Assembly: GCA_964511015.1 (NCBI GenBank)
Contig: CAZEDX010000020.1
Span: 1-59,317, forward strand
Length of the DNA: 59,317 nt
Reading direction: 5' to 3'
Source of the DNA: an uncultured bacterium
Lineage (GTDB): Bacteria > Lernaellota > Lernaellaia > Lernaellales > Lernaellaceae
Part shown: piece after piece, positions 17,803-27,955 of the stretch
Numbering within the stretch: the first letter of the stretch is position 1
Layout of the letters: every line of letters begins with the position of its first letter
The notes under the pieces: generated by a model
Told to the model about the DNA's origin: nothing
Databases searched by the model: none
What the model saw: only the letters and a program-made list of their open reading frames with translations
Position numbers and translations under genes: made by a program

Positions 17803-19188
17803 TTACTGTTCCGTGATCAAGACATCGATGCGCGTATTGCGCGCCCGACCCTCGGGCGTGCCATTTGGCGCCACCGGCACATCCGAACCCATGCCGATGG
17901 CCACCATGCGCGAAGCGTCGACGCCTCGTTGATAGAGGTATGCGAGCACCGCATCGGCGCGCGCTTGCGTCAGCTTCTGGGCGTCAGCGATGTCCGTCGC
18001 AACATGGCTTTCGATTTGGATCTTGACCTTCGGGTACTGCTGCAAAATCGCCGCCAGCTCGTCGAGCATCGCTTGATCGTCAATGGTTAAGACGGCGCTC
18101 TGTGCGCTGGCAAACGAAACCGGACGGGGCAGCACGAACCAGTCGCGCAGCATTAGCACGCCACTCGGACGGCGTACTATGACCGGATGCGAGACACCTT
18201 CCGGATCAGTGTAGGTATCCGGCGGCGGCGACGGCGGCAGCGGTGGCGCTGGAGCCACAGGCGGCAACGGCAGCGTCGCGGGCGGTGGAGGCGGTCCGTG
18301 CCTCAGTTTCGGATAGGAGAATGACACACCGGCGATGACCCGGTAGGTTGGACTGCCGATGGCCGTCGTGATGCCGAGTCCGCCGGCTAGGTGGAAATTG
18401 ATGCCGACCGGCGTATAGAAGCGGGCGCCCGCCAACGCTTCCAACGGTGCGCCGGCTTCGATACCATCGATTTGGTAGTCGACCGTCTTGCCGACAAACT
18501 CCCCGGTCAGGCCGAACCATTTTGCGATCGCGGCATGAACGCCGAAGCCGCCAAATACTTGACCCGCTGGTTCCAGGTCTTCCGGCTGACCCATGTAGCG
18601 GTAACCGACATTCATCACGAAATTGACCAGGCTCACGCGTTTGTCGAGAATCAGCGCAACCGACAAATTGGTCGCGTCCGCGCCAACATAGTAGTCAGGG
18701 TCGCCGGTTGCGAAAGAGCCCAGCACCACCAGGCCCAAGCCGACCGAGCGCGGTTCATTGTGTAGAAAGCGGATTTTCGCGCCGGCAAAAGCGTCGCCGA
18801 GCGCAGTACCTGACTCATCCTCGGTTTCCGACAAGCCAGAGATGCGGAAGGAGTCCAGATCCTGGCCGGCTACCATGTTGTAGCTACCGCCGGCCATCAG
18901 ATCCATCACCTCGAACAAACCGACCGCGCCATAGAACTGCGCAGCGCTGAGGCTGTCCACTACATTCAAGGTTTCGTCATAGTCTTCATATTCGAAACGC
19001 AGTGGTCCGCCGGCGGCATTGGCTTGCATGCCGAGTGCGAACTGCCCAAAGGCGAGGGGATCGCTGACATACAACGAGAATAGATTCTGCGGTCCCATGG
19101 CCGGCTGGACGTTCTGGATGTCGATGGCCCACGCTACCGATGCCGTCAACAACACCAGCAACGGAACCAGGATGAGGGCGCGTTTCAT
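17803..19188 (-). CDS. OmpA-family outer-membrane protein with Pro-rich linker
   Basis: Start refined to MKRALILVPLLVLLTASVAWA (signal peptide, RBS GAGGAG). ORF-track start 19308 is an upstream extension. N-terminal beta-rich domain, a PPPPPATLPLPPVAPAPPLPPSPPP linker, and a C-terminal OmpA_C peptidoglycan-binding domain (TDIADAQKLTQARADAV...NTRIDVLI). Confidence 0.7.
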   Translation of the reverse strand: MKRALILVPLLVLLTASVAWAIDIQNVQPAMGPQNLFSLYVSDPLAFGQFALGMQANAAGGPLRFEYEDYDETLNVVDSLSAAQFYGAVGLFEVMDLMAGGSYNMVAGQDLDSFRISGLSETEDESGTALGDAFAGAKIRFLHNEPRSVGLGLVVLGSFATGDPDYYVGADATNLSVALILDKRVSLVNFVMNVGYRYMGQPEDLEPAGQVFGGFGVHAAIAKWFGLTGEFVGKTVDYQIDGIEAGAPLEALAGARFYTPVGINFHLAGGLGITTAIGSPTYRVIAGVSFSYPKLRHGPPPPPATLPLPPVAPAPPLPPSPPPDTYTDPEGVSHPVIVRRPSGVLMLRDWFVLPRPVSFASAQSAVLTIDDQAMLDELAAILQQYPKVKIQIESHVATDIADAQKLTQARADAVLAYLYQRGVDASRMVAIGMGSDVPVAPNGTPEGRARNTRIDVLITEQ

Positions 19189-19202
19189 CCGTTTCTCCTC
19201 GT

Positions 19203-21488
19203 CTAGCGCTTGCGCCGCAGGGCGAACATAGTCAAAAGGGCAAAGAGCATCGGCAGCGCATTCGGCCAGTTGCCGTGTGCGCCGGAGCCAATACCACACT
19301 CGCCGCAAAGCTCTTCATCATCATCGTGGCCAATGTCGGGACAGCAGGTAGGCAGGTTGAGCATCTGCTGCGACGAACCACGGCCGCCGTTTGAGTCAAG
19401 CACCGTGAGAGTCACGGTCGCCGTGCCGTCGCCGCGGTAGTAGTGCGTAACATTTTTGCCCACGCCGGTGTAACCGTCACCGAAATCCCAGTAGTAACGG
19501 AGCGTAGCTCCTTCGGGATCAACCGAAGACGAGGCGTCGAAATCCCAGAGGCGGCTGTCGTCTGTTGTTTGTGCCGCGTCGAAATCGGCCGTCGGAGGCT
19601 GGTTGTCGACTTTGGGTCGTGCGGTAAACATGGTACGCACCTGGTTTTCCTGCGGCACCGGAATAGCGTCGTCTACCGATTCCGCGCCATCAACCGGCGC
19701 TTGCACGTACAACACAACGCGGCCATTTTCACCGAGGCCGACGTCCTTGATCGATACCGTCTGGCGCTTGTTTTCGTTGATGATTTCGTAGCCAGTGGAA
19801 ATGCCCGGCAGATAGAATTCAAGGTTAGCCGTCATGCCGGTCGGCAATCCGTTGACCACCGTGATCTGGGCGATTTCGGTTTTGCCGTCGTTGTTCGATT
19901 CCACCTTCCAGAAGTTGCCGGCCGGGATGCTCTGCCGGTTATCCACCTCATCCATGTAGTTGAGACTGGTCAGCACGTCGCCGGCGGCCTCGACCACTCG
20001 GTAACCGTCGTAGGCGCCCGGGATATCGCACGCCGAACCGAACGAAGTGGTCTGCACGAAGGTAATTGCGTCTTCGGCAACGAGGTCTGACACTTCATTG
20101 TCATCGCGATCGACGATGCGATCGCCGGCCTGGAACGACCAGATCCAATCGAAATGGTTGTGACCGAGGAAGATATAAGGCACGTGATAGCGGAGGCAGA
20201 GGCGGAGAAAGGTCGTGCCGGTATTTTGCTGAGGTGTCTCGTTTTCGATGCCGTCATAGATGTTCGAATCCCAAACGTTGGACTCGTAGTTCCAGTACTC
20301 GGTGCCGTCACCGGCGATCGGGTTTGTTGGGTAGGGTTTGTTGGCCGCGTACGGACCGCGCGGGTCGTGGTGCATGAACACGAGCGGTGTTTTGCCTTCG
20401 GCTTCGGCGTCGGCCAGCACATTGGCGACCCAGGCCATCTGTTCTTCGCTTAGGAAGCCACCCCAGTTGTCTACCGGCGAGGCCACGATCAACTTGCCGG
20501 TCTCACGACGCAACGGAGTACCGTCGTAGCTGTTCATCATCACGAAACGGAACTGCCCGACATCGAAGCTGTAATACAAGGGGCCCAGGGTGCGCGCGTA
20601 ATACTCGAGGTTGTCCTGTTTGACCTGGGTTTGCCAGTTCCACCAAGCGTAACCGTCGTGGTTGCCCGGAGCGAGGAACAGCGGGATCTGTGTCCGTTCC
20701 AACACGTGATACGACCACGCCAGTTCGTCGACAATGTTCAAACCCGAAGTCATGTCGCCGGTAAACACGGCGAAATCCGGTTTGAGTAAGGCGAATTCAT
20801 TGTAGATCTGGGTTTCCACCAGGTCCATGCCGATGCGCGTCTGGCCGGCGGTAGGATAGTCATGGTTGTTCAGCTCGTTCTCAAGGCTGTTCGAGCTGAT
20901 ATCGCCGGGCTGAGCATCGGTGAAATGGACGAACTTCAGCGCGCCGCCCATATCTTTCTTCACGCGCACCGACCCTGGCTGAACGTCGACGAACGCCACG
21001 GTCGCCACCTGCAGATGATAGGTGTCGTCGGGAATGCCGTCCGGAATTTCGCAGGTTAGTTGGTAAGTCAGCGAATCGACATCAAACAACACTTCCGCCA
21101 CCGCCAGGTCATAGTTCTGCGCTACCGTATCGCCGACCGTCGCATAGTCGTCGTACGGATTGGCAAACTGGGTGGTCAGACGGATTTGCCACTGGTTCGG
21201 ATCGAGATAGGCCTCGGGGTCATCAAACTTGACAATGACCGTCAGCGTGTCGCCCGGCTCGACGAAAGCGGGAAAGCCCAGCACCGGGTACACTAGGTAG
21301 GCGATGCGCTTGGCAATCGGATCAGTGCTGTTGGGCACCAATGACGAATAGTAGAGTCCGGGCGCGTTGGTAATGTTGTACGGCCAACCCATCAGGCTGT
21401 GGAGGCTGTCCGCTTGCGCGGACACCGTCAGCGTGAGAAGAAGAGCGAGCAAGACCAGCGACCGAGTGATGGAACTGCGCATAAACAC
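19203..21488 (-). CDS. Secreted calcineurin-like metallophosphoesterase with PKD domain and a Cys-containing C-terminal tripartite sorting signal
   Basis: 761 aa. Signal peptide. Metallophosphoesterase motifs (GDMTSG, GNHD, GHNH). PKD domain (RYYWDFGDGYTG). C-terminus is CCPDIGHDDDEELCGECGIGSGAHGNWPNALPMLFALLTMFALRRKR, i.e. Cys/Gly, then a hydrophobic helix, then a basic tail. Confidence 0.7.
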   Translation of the reverse strand: MFMRSSITRSLVLLALLLTLTVSAQADSLHSLMGWPYNITNAPGLYYSSLVPNSTDPIAKRIAYLVYPVLGFPAFVEPGDTLTVIVKFDDPEAYLDPNQWQIRLTTQFANPYDDYATVGDTVAQNYDLAVAEVLFDVDSLTYQLTCEIPDGIPDDTYHLQVATVAFVDVQPGSVRVKKDMGGALKFVHFTDAQPGDISSNSLENELNNHDYPTAGQTRIGMDLVETQIYNEFALLKPDFAVFTGDMTSGLNIVDELAWSYHVLERTQIPLFLAPGNHDGYAWWNWQTQVKQDNLEYYARTLGPLYYSFDVGQFRFVMMNSYDGTPLRRETGKLIVASPVDNWGGFLSEEQMAWVANVLADAEAEGKTPLVFMHHDPRGPYAANKPYPTNPIAGDGTEYWNYESNVWDSNIYDGIENETPQQNTGTTFLRLCLRYHVPYIFLGHNHFDWIWSFQAGDRIVDRDDNEVSDLVAEDAITFVQTTSFGSACDIPGAYDGYRVVEAAGDVLTSLNYMDEVDNRQSIPAGNFWKVESNNDGKTEIAQITVVNGLPTGMTANLEFYLPGISTGYEIINENKRQTVSIKDVGLGENGRVVLYVQAPVDGAESVDDAIPVPQENQVRTMFTARPKVDNQPPTADFDAAQTTDDSRLWDFDASSSVDPEGATLRYYWDFGDGYTGVGKNVTHYYRGDGTATVTLTVLDSNGGRGSSQQMLNLPTCCPDIGHDDDEELCGECGIGSGAHGNWPNALPMLFALLTMFALRRKR

Positions 21489-21773
21489 CCCGCTACCGGA
21501 AATGGTTCAAGATAACACACAATTGCGTTGGGGAAGTATAAGTGGACCCTTGGCGAAGTGTCAAGGCAGCGATGAACGCCGTTGGGAACTTTTTGGTGCC
21601 GAGCCAAACCGGTTGGGATGGCGATTTTGAAACCCTACCAACTCGGAAAATTGCGCCGTGGGATCGTCCCCACAACCAGACCAACAGTGAGGGCCGTCCT
21701 TTCCAAACATAGCCGTTGATTATTAGCGCTCTCAGACAGGTCGACCCTCTCTTTCGAACTTGTGCGAATGGGC

Positions 21774-21802
21774 TTGACAAAGTTGACCATTTCGATTATC
21801 AA
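21774..21802 (+). promoter_or_regulatory. Sigma-70-like promoter for rplU-rpmA
   Basis: TTGACA (21774..21779), 17-nt spacer, TATCAA (21797..21802), about 40 nt upstream of the rplU ATG. Confidence 0.45.
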
Positions 21803-21842
21803 TCACGCCCTCTATAGCCGATTTCGGCAGGAGGAACGTTTT

Positions 21843-22154
21843 ATGTACGCGGTGATTGAAGCCGGCGGGCAGCAGTTCAAGGTGCAGGAAGGCGAAACCC
21901 TGCGCATTGAAAAACTGGATGGCAATGTCGGCACCAAAGTGGAAATCGACAAGGTGCTTTTTGTTCGTACCGATTCGGTGATCAAAATCGGCGCTCCGTA
22001 CGTGCAGGGCGCCAAAGTGGTCGGGGAAATCGTGTCGCAGGAACTTGGTGACAAAGTGGTCATTTTCAAGTTCAAGCGCCGCAAGGGCTATCACACGAAG
22101 CGCGGTCACCGTCAGCACTACACCAAGCTCAAGATCTCCCAGATCCTGGTGTGA
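21843..22154 (+). CDS. rplU: 50S ribosomal protein L21
   Basis: Refined ATG at 21843 with [37 protein letters not shown]... is canonical L21. The ORF-track start 21762 is an alternative-start extension. Confidence 0.9.
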   Translation: MYAVIEAGGQQFKVQEGETLRIEKLDGNVGTKVEIDKVLFVRTDSVIKIGAPYVQGAKVVGEIVSQELGDKVVIFKFKRRKGYHTKRGHRQHYTKLKISQILV

Positions 22155-22167
22155 GAGGAGCGGAATC

Positions 22168-22452
22168 ATGGCGCACAAGAAAGCAGGCGGCAGCAGCAGG
22201 AACGGACGTGACAGCCAGGGCCGGCGCTACGGCGTCAAAGTCTATGACGGCGAGCTGGTCAGCGGCGGCACTATTATCATCCGGCAGTTGGGCACCGTGA
22301 TTCACCCGGGGCACAATGTCGGCGTGGGCCGCGATTACACCTTGTATGCCAAGGTCGATGGCCGCGTGAAGTTCAATCATTGGGGTAAGGAGCGCAAACG
22401 CGTTTCGATCATCCCGGTGAAACCGCAGTCCGAAGAAACCCCGTCCAACTAG
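22168..22452 (+). CDS. rpmA: 50S ribosomal protein L27
   Basis: [29 protein letters not shown]... is canonical L27. RBS GAGAGGAG. The ORF-track start 22045 is an extension overlapping rplU. Confidence 0.9.
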   Translation: MAHKKAGGSSRNGRDSQGRRYGVKVYDGELVSGGTIIIRQLGTVIHPGHNVGVGRDYTLYAKVDGRVKFNHWGKERKRVSIIPVKPQSEETPSN

Positions 22453-22471
22453 CTTCCTTCGATTACAATAA

Positions 22472-23569
<1,098 letters not shown>

Positions 23570-23571
23570 AC

Positions 23572-24645
23572 ATGCGCTACGCGGTTGTTATGGCAGGCGG
23601 CACGGGAACGAGATTCTGGCCCGAGAGCCGGAAGGCCGTTCCCAAACAACTGCTGCGCCTGGGCAGTCCGTTTTCGTTGCTCGAACGCACGATCCAACGT
23701 ATTGAGTCGCTGATTCCGCCGGCCCAGGTGCTGGTGGTTACCAGCGAAAATCTGCGCGATAGCATTCGACCGCACCTCTCGGGAACGCCCGACGCGAATC
23801 TGCTGTTCGAACCACTACGTCGCAGTACCGGCCCGTGCGTGGCCCTGGCGGCGCGCGTATTGCTGGATCGCGATCCGGAAGCGGTCATGGTCGTCCTGGC
23901 TGCCGATCACCTGATTCAACGCGAAGATGAGTTTCGCGCCATTTTGTCCGCCACCATGGACCTGGCCGCCGCGGAAGAGGTGTTGATCACGCTGGGAATA
24001 TCGCCGGTCTATCCGGAGACCGGCTACGGCTACATCGAGATGGGGCCGGAACTCGGGCGTTGTGATGGCCGCGCCTATTACCGGGCGGCCGGTTTTCGTG
24101 AAAAGCCGTCGACCGAAACGGCGGTCGAATACCTGGCGGCGGGCCGGTTCTTGTGGAACTCGGGGATGTTTGTATTTCGCGCCAACACCCTATGGCACGC
24201 TGTTCAGCGGCACATGCCGGAAGTCGCGCGCGTGCTGGCTCACGTCGACGGCCGCGACGAGCCGGAACAGATCCAAAAAGCGATCGACGAGATCTATCCC
24301 GGCTTGCCGGCGGTCAGCATCGATATCGGCGTTATGGAAAAGGCGGAGAATATTGTTGTATTCCCGGCAGACATCGGCTGGAGCGACGTCGGCTCTTGGA
24401 CGACGCTTCGTAGTCTGCTGCCTGCCGACGCTCATGGCAATGTCGCGCATGGCGACAACCTGACGATGCACGCCAGCGAGAACATCATCTATGCCCGCGA
24501 TGGTATTGTCGTGGCGATTGGAGTGGAGAATCTGATCATTGTCCACACGCCGGACGCCACGCTTGTGGCGCGCCGCGATGATGCGCAAGGCATCAAGCGC
24601 ATTTTCGACGAGTTGGAGAAACAAGGTTTGGATCGCTACACTTGA
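23572..24645 (+). CDS. manC: Mannose-1-phosphate guanylyltransferase (NTP_transferase)
   Basis: 357 aa. MRYAVVMAGGTGTRFWPESR is the classic ManC/CpsB N-terminus. Left-handed beta-helix C-terminal region. Confidence 0.8.
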   Translation: MRYAVVMAGGTGTRFWPESRKAVPKQLLRLGSPFSLLERTIQRIESLIPPAQVLVVTSENLRDSIRPHLSGTPDANLLFEPLRRSTGPCVALAARVLLDRDPEAVMVVLAADHLIQREDEFRAILSATMDLAAAEEVLITLGISPVYPETGYGYIEMGPELGRCDGRAYYRAAGFREKPSTETAVEYLAAGRFLWNSGMFVFRANTLWHAVQRHMPEVARVLAHVDGRDEPEQIQKAIDEIYPGLPAVSIDIGVMEKAENIVVFPADIGWSDVGSWTTLRSLLPADAHGNVAHGDNLTMHASENIIYARDGIVVAIGVENLIIVHTPDATLVARRDDAQGIKRIFDELEKQGLDRYT

Positions 24646-24809
24646 ATCGCCGAAACCGACGGCGACAAGTGAGCCTCGGTCATTCCCGTAAATCGATGTA
24701 CTGCCCCCAAAAAAATCTCAACCTTGTTCTACTTCGGCTGATCTTCGATTAAGTGGTTGTTTCACACGACCAAATAGGGGACGGAAAAAGAACAACAATA
24801 GGGGGATAC

Positions 24810-25418
24810 ATGAAAGCAACTGACTTCGATCTTAGCAAGGAACTGCGTCTTGATCCCGAGACCGGAGTTGCCGTATTTCGCGGTAACCGGCTTGTGGTTT
24901 TAGACGCAGGCGCACTCGGACTTTTGCGCCAACACATCCTGGAACGGTTAGGCTTCGAGACCGCGCGGGAAATCTTCTTCCGTTTCGGTTACCAACACGG
25001 GTATTCCGACTTTTTGCAGATGAAGCTGGCGTACCAGTTCGACTCCGAAATGGACTTGCTGGCCTCCGGTCCGGTCATTCACACTTGGGAAGGGATCGTC
25101 AAGGCGACTCCCACCGAAATCCGTTTCGATCGCCAAACGGGTGAGTTCTATTTCACGGGCGTTTGGACGAACTCGTACGAAGCGGAACAGTTCATTTCCT
25201 ACAACCATCCGGCTCAAGAGGCTGTTTGTTGGTCGTTGACTGGCTATGCTTCCGGCTGGAGTACAGCATTTTTCGGCCGGCCGTTGCTGGCGACCGAACC
25301 CCTGTGTATGGGCAAGGGTGATCCGCATTGCAGTTGGCTGATTCAGCCTGTGGACGCGTACGGAAAAGAAGCGGACCCGTTCCGGAAAGTGTTGAACCAG
25401 ATGCAGGGGGAGAAATAA
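24810..25418 (+). CDS. Stand-alone XylR-N/V4R (4-vinyl reductase-like) sensory-domain protein
   Basis: Refined ATG at 24810 (RBS AGGGGGA). Resembles the effector-binding A domain of XylR/DmpR-type regulators, but lacks the AAA+ and HTH modules. Confidence 0.5.
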   Translation: MKATDFDLSKELRLDPETGVAVFRGNRLVVLDAGALGLLRQHILERLGFETAREIFFRFGYQHGYSDFLQMKLAYQFDSEMDLLASGPVIHTWEGIVKATPTEIRFDRQTGEFYFTGVWTNSYEAEQFISYNHPAQEAVCWSLTGYASGWSTAFFGRPLLATEPLCMGKGDPHCSWLIQPVDAYGKEADPFRKVLNQMQGEK

Positions 25419-25419
25419 C

Positions 25420-25611
25420 ATGGCAGAAAAACTCATGATGTACTACAAGTATATTGGCGACAAACTCGGGCTGGAGGGAAAAATGAAACTGGCCGCGGCC
25501 ACAAAAGTACCCTCCGCCAAGGCGGCGATGGAACCTGATTCGGAAGCCAACATCAAGATGTTTCGCGCCGCGCTTCAGACCATCACCGGCGAGAGCCCGC
25601 CGTGCTTCTAA
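25420..25611 (+). CDS. Small hypothetical protein (63 aa)
   Basis: Starts 2 nt after the V4R gene stop. Followed by a strong hairpin terminator. No family recognised. Confidence 0.3.
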   Translation: MAEKLMMYYKYIGDKLGLEGKMKLAAATKVPSAKAAMEPDSEANIKMFRAALQTITGESPPCF

Positions 25612-25636
25612 CGACGCGGACAGCCCAAAAAGAATA

Positions 25637-25659
25637 AGGGGCCTCCTCGGAGGCCCCTA
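25637..25659. terminator. Bidirectional hairpin terminator between the small ORF and tRNA-Lys
   Basis: AGGGGCCUCC-UC-GGAGGCCCCU is a perfect GC-rich inverted repeat lying between convergent genes. Confidence 0.55.
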
Positions 25660-25669
25660 TCGCTTAGGC

Positions 25670-25742
25670 TAGATCTGCGGGGACTCGAACCCCGAACCAA
25701 CGGATTAAGAGTCCGCTGCTCTACCGATTGAGCTACAGATCC
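25670..25742 (-). tRNA. tRNA-Lys (anticodon CUU)
   Basis: 73-nt cloverleaf on the minus strand: GGAUCUG-UA-GCUC-AAUCGGUA-GAGC-A-GCGGA-CUCUUAA-UCCGU-UGGUU-CGGGG-UUCGAGU-CCCCG-CAGAUCU-A. Anticodon loop has U33, CUU, A37. CCA is not encoded. Position 1-72 is a G-U pair. Confidence 0.8.
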
Positions 25743-26207
25743 GCGGCGGATTCTACACACGGTTCGCTTCGTGTCAAGCTGATTTTTCCCGTCAGTTTAC
25801 GTGGATGACTCGGCCCGACAATCGCGCGTCGGCCACCAACCGCGAAGGCAAATGGATGTGTGTTCCGGGGTCAACGAGTCCTTCGCATCGTTCCTGATCG
25901 CTTTCTGTTGTCCGTCCAGCCGGTGTCCAGATTCCACGAATCGACAGCGTTGAGAAATCGCGCTACCGCTGATTTTTCAGCGGTCTCACTATTCGCTCAA
26001 GTAAGAAAAAACAGAAGGAATTCAAATGATTCACAGCAAATAGAACAAAAACTCAAAATGCCATTTCACAGCTCAACATTTTGCTAAGGATCTACAACAT
26101 ATTGATATATAAGACGATTTAGAATTTTCAATAGTTGGCCCGTGAATTGCTAATACACAGCTCGGCGATTAAAACTAGGCTCTCGGGAGCCGAGACACGG
26201 AGGAAAA

Positions 26208-27176
26208 ATGAAAGCGGTTTGGATCCTCTCCTTCCTGAGTCTCGCAGTCATTCTTTCCGGCTGTGACGTTATTGAAGACATCATCGCCGGTGAAACGGCG
26301 CGCACCATCACCATTCAGCAAGACCTTTTGAATCAGACAACCGAGCGGGCGGCGAGAGGTGTCGACCTGGCGGGCAACGTGGTTGTCACGTCGGGACAAT
26401 CGGGGTCTCTTGCCCCCGTGTCGGTAGGAGACTTGGCCGATGCGATCGACGTGGCGACCGACGGCATGGGTCCGGTGCAGTTCTTCCTGGTCGCCTCGGT
26501 CAGCAACCGCTCTTCTTCGGCAGTAACGATCACCTTCTCGATGTATCCGGAAAACGATTCGTCCGCTCAAGCTGAGATCGTCAGTTTCTCCCTGGGGGCG
26601 TATCAGGCAGCCGGATTCGACACGGCAGTTCTCTCCAACGCCTCGACGGCGCAGATTCACCAGAATCTCAAGTCGGTATTTGATCTGGTCGACGAGGACT
26701 ACACCGTGGTGCCGGTGGTGACCGTGCAAGGCGGCGACGCGAACGGCGTATTGATCAACCAGTATCGCATTTGGACCCCGCCAACCTATCTGCGACGCGA
26801 CACGTTGGCGGGAGACTCGCTACCGGGCGCCGTGGAAATCGACCGCGTGTACGATACCAAACTGCAGGGCGCAATCACCAACGAAGGCTCCGCCCAGACG
26901 CTGGTCCGGATCTATCTAACCGAAGCTGGAGCCGACCAAGAGGCGGTGGACGCCGGTCTGGTGGCGGAAACGATTCTCTCTCCCGGGCAGACGATCCTTG
27001 GCCAAGACATGGTGCTGGAAGGCGCGGAGGACAAGGTTTCCGCCGCGTTCGACAGCTTCGCCGACGGCGCCGATGTCTACTACAGCCTCGTCATGATGAG
27101 CACGAATCAGATCGATGTGTCCAGCGACGACCTGCAACTTTACGCGAAAGTCGAAGTGCACGCGGACATTTTCTGA
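26208..27176 (+). CDS. Hypothetical lipoprotein
   Basis: 322 aa. Signal and lipobox MKAVWILSFLSLAVILSGC. RBS GGAGG. Preceded by an unusually AT-rich 250-nt region. No family recognised. Confidence 0.5.
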   Translation: MKAVWILSFLSLAVILSGCDVIEDIIAGETARTITIQQDLLNQTTERAARGVDLAGNVVVTSGQSGSLAPVSVGDLADAIDVATDGMGPVQFFLVASVSNRSSSAVTITFSMYPENDSSAQAEIVSFSLGAYQAAGFDTAVLSNASTAQIHQNLKSVFDLVDEDYTVVPVVTVQGGDANGVLINQYRIWTPPTYLRRDTLAGDSLPGAVEIDRVYDTKLQGAITNEGSAQTLVRIYLTEAGADQEAVDAGLVAETILSPGQTILGQDMVLEGAEDKVSAAFDSFADGADVYYSLVMMSTNQIDVSSDDLQLYAKVEVHADIF

Positions 27177-27286
27177 CGCCCCAAGCGTTTCTTCCCCTCC
27201 ATGCGCCGAGTCATACATGCTCGGCGCTTTCCTTTTTTTCCCCACACGTTCTTGATTTCTGCCGCGGGCGCCGCCAGAATCCCCGC

Positions 27287-27952
27287 ATGTCCAATACGAA
27301 ACGCCTCTGGCTGGAATTCGCCATCCTTACCGCCGCGACGCTGGCCGCAGTGCGACTGCTGGCCTTGTTGAACGTGTTCTATCCGCGATGGGCTTCGCTG
27401 GGCGCCACGTTGTTGTGTCTGTTCTTTTTTTGGGTGCCGATAGCACTGATCGCCGTGCGCAAGTTGCCGACAGCGGACTACGGCTTCGACCTGCGGAATT
27501 GGCGAAGCGATATCGGGCGTGGTCTGTTGATCTCCATGGCGATCCTGCCGGCGTTCGCGGTCGGTTACTGGCTCTGGTGGGGCGTGCTCCTGCATCGGCC
27601 GATCCACCCGGGTCTCGGCGCGCCGCTGTTCATTCAGATCGCTGTGCAACTGCTCGCCATTGCCATTCCGGAAGAGGTTTTCTTCCGTGGCTATCTGCAA
27701 ACCCTCGTCGCCCAGGCCTGGCCGGCCAAGAAGCCGTGGCCGCTGGTCGGCGTGGAGGGACCGGCGATCGTCGTAGTTGCCGCCGTGTTTGCCCTGTCGC
27801 ATCTCGACCGCTGGGCGCCGACGCGTTTGTCGGTCTTCTTCCCCGGCCTGTTGTTCGGCCTGCTGCGCGCGCGTTCGAAGTCGCTGGTGCAGCCGGTTGT
27901 CGTGCACACCTTGGCCAATCTCACTATGGTTTTTCTGCAAGGGCGTGGATAG
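27287..27952 (+). CDS. CPBP-family intramembrane metalloprotease (CAAX protease/Abi domain)
   Basis: Refined ATG at 27287; the ORF-track 393-aa form has an Arg-rich spurious extension. Multi-TM protein carrying all three CPBP motifs: EEVFFRGY (EExxxR), FALSH (FxxxH), HTLANL (HxxxN). Confidence 0.75.
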   Translation: MSNTKRLWLEFAILTAATLAAVRLLALLNVFYPRWASLGATLLCLFFFWVPIALIAVRKLPTADYGFDLRNWRSDIGRGLLISMAILPAFAVGYWLWWGVLLHRPIHPGLGAPLFIQIAVQLLAIAIPEEVFFRGYLQTLVAQAWPAKKPWPLVGVEGPAIVVVAAVFALSHLDRWAPTRLSVFFPGLLFGLLRARSKSLVQPVVVHTLANLTMVFLQGRG

Positions 27953-27955
27953 GGG

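Noticed and set aside
25670-25742. tRNA considered as a possible tRNA-Sec (selC), given selA and the selenoprotein
   Set aside because: Anticodon loop is CUCUUAA, so the anticodon is CUU (Lys). Normal 7-bp acceptor stem and short variable loop, not the long-arm 8/5 structure of tRNA-Sec.
25860-26087. 75-aa ORF in the AT-rich region upstream of the lipoprotein
   Set aside because: Low-complexity, no RBS, and it lies in a likely promoter/regulatory region. Probably non-coding.
26771-27286. 393-aa ORF-track version of the CPBP protease with a 172-aa Arg/Gly-rich N-terminal extension
   Set aside because: The extension overlaps the upstream lipoprotein gene and has antisense-like composition. 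The conserved CPBP core begins at the ATG at 27287, which has a plausible TM start.
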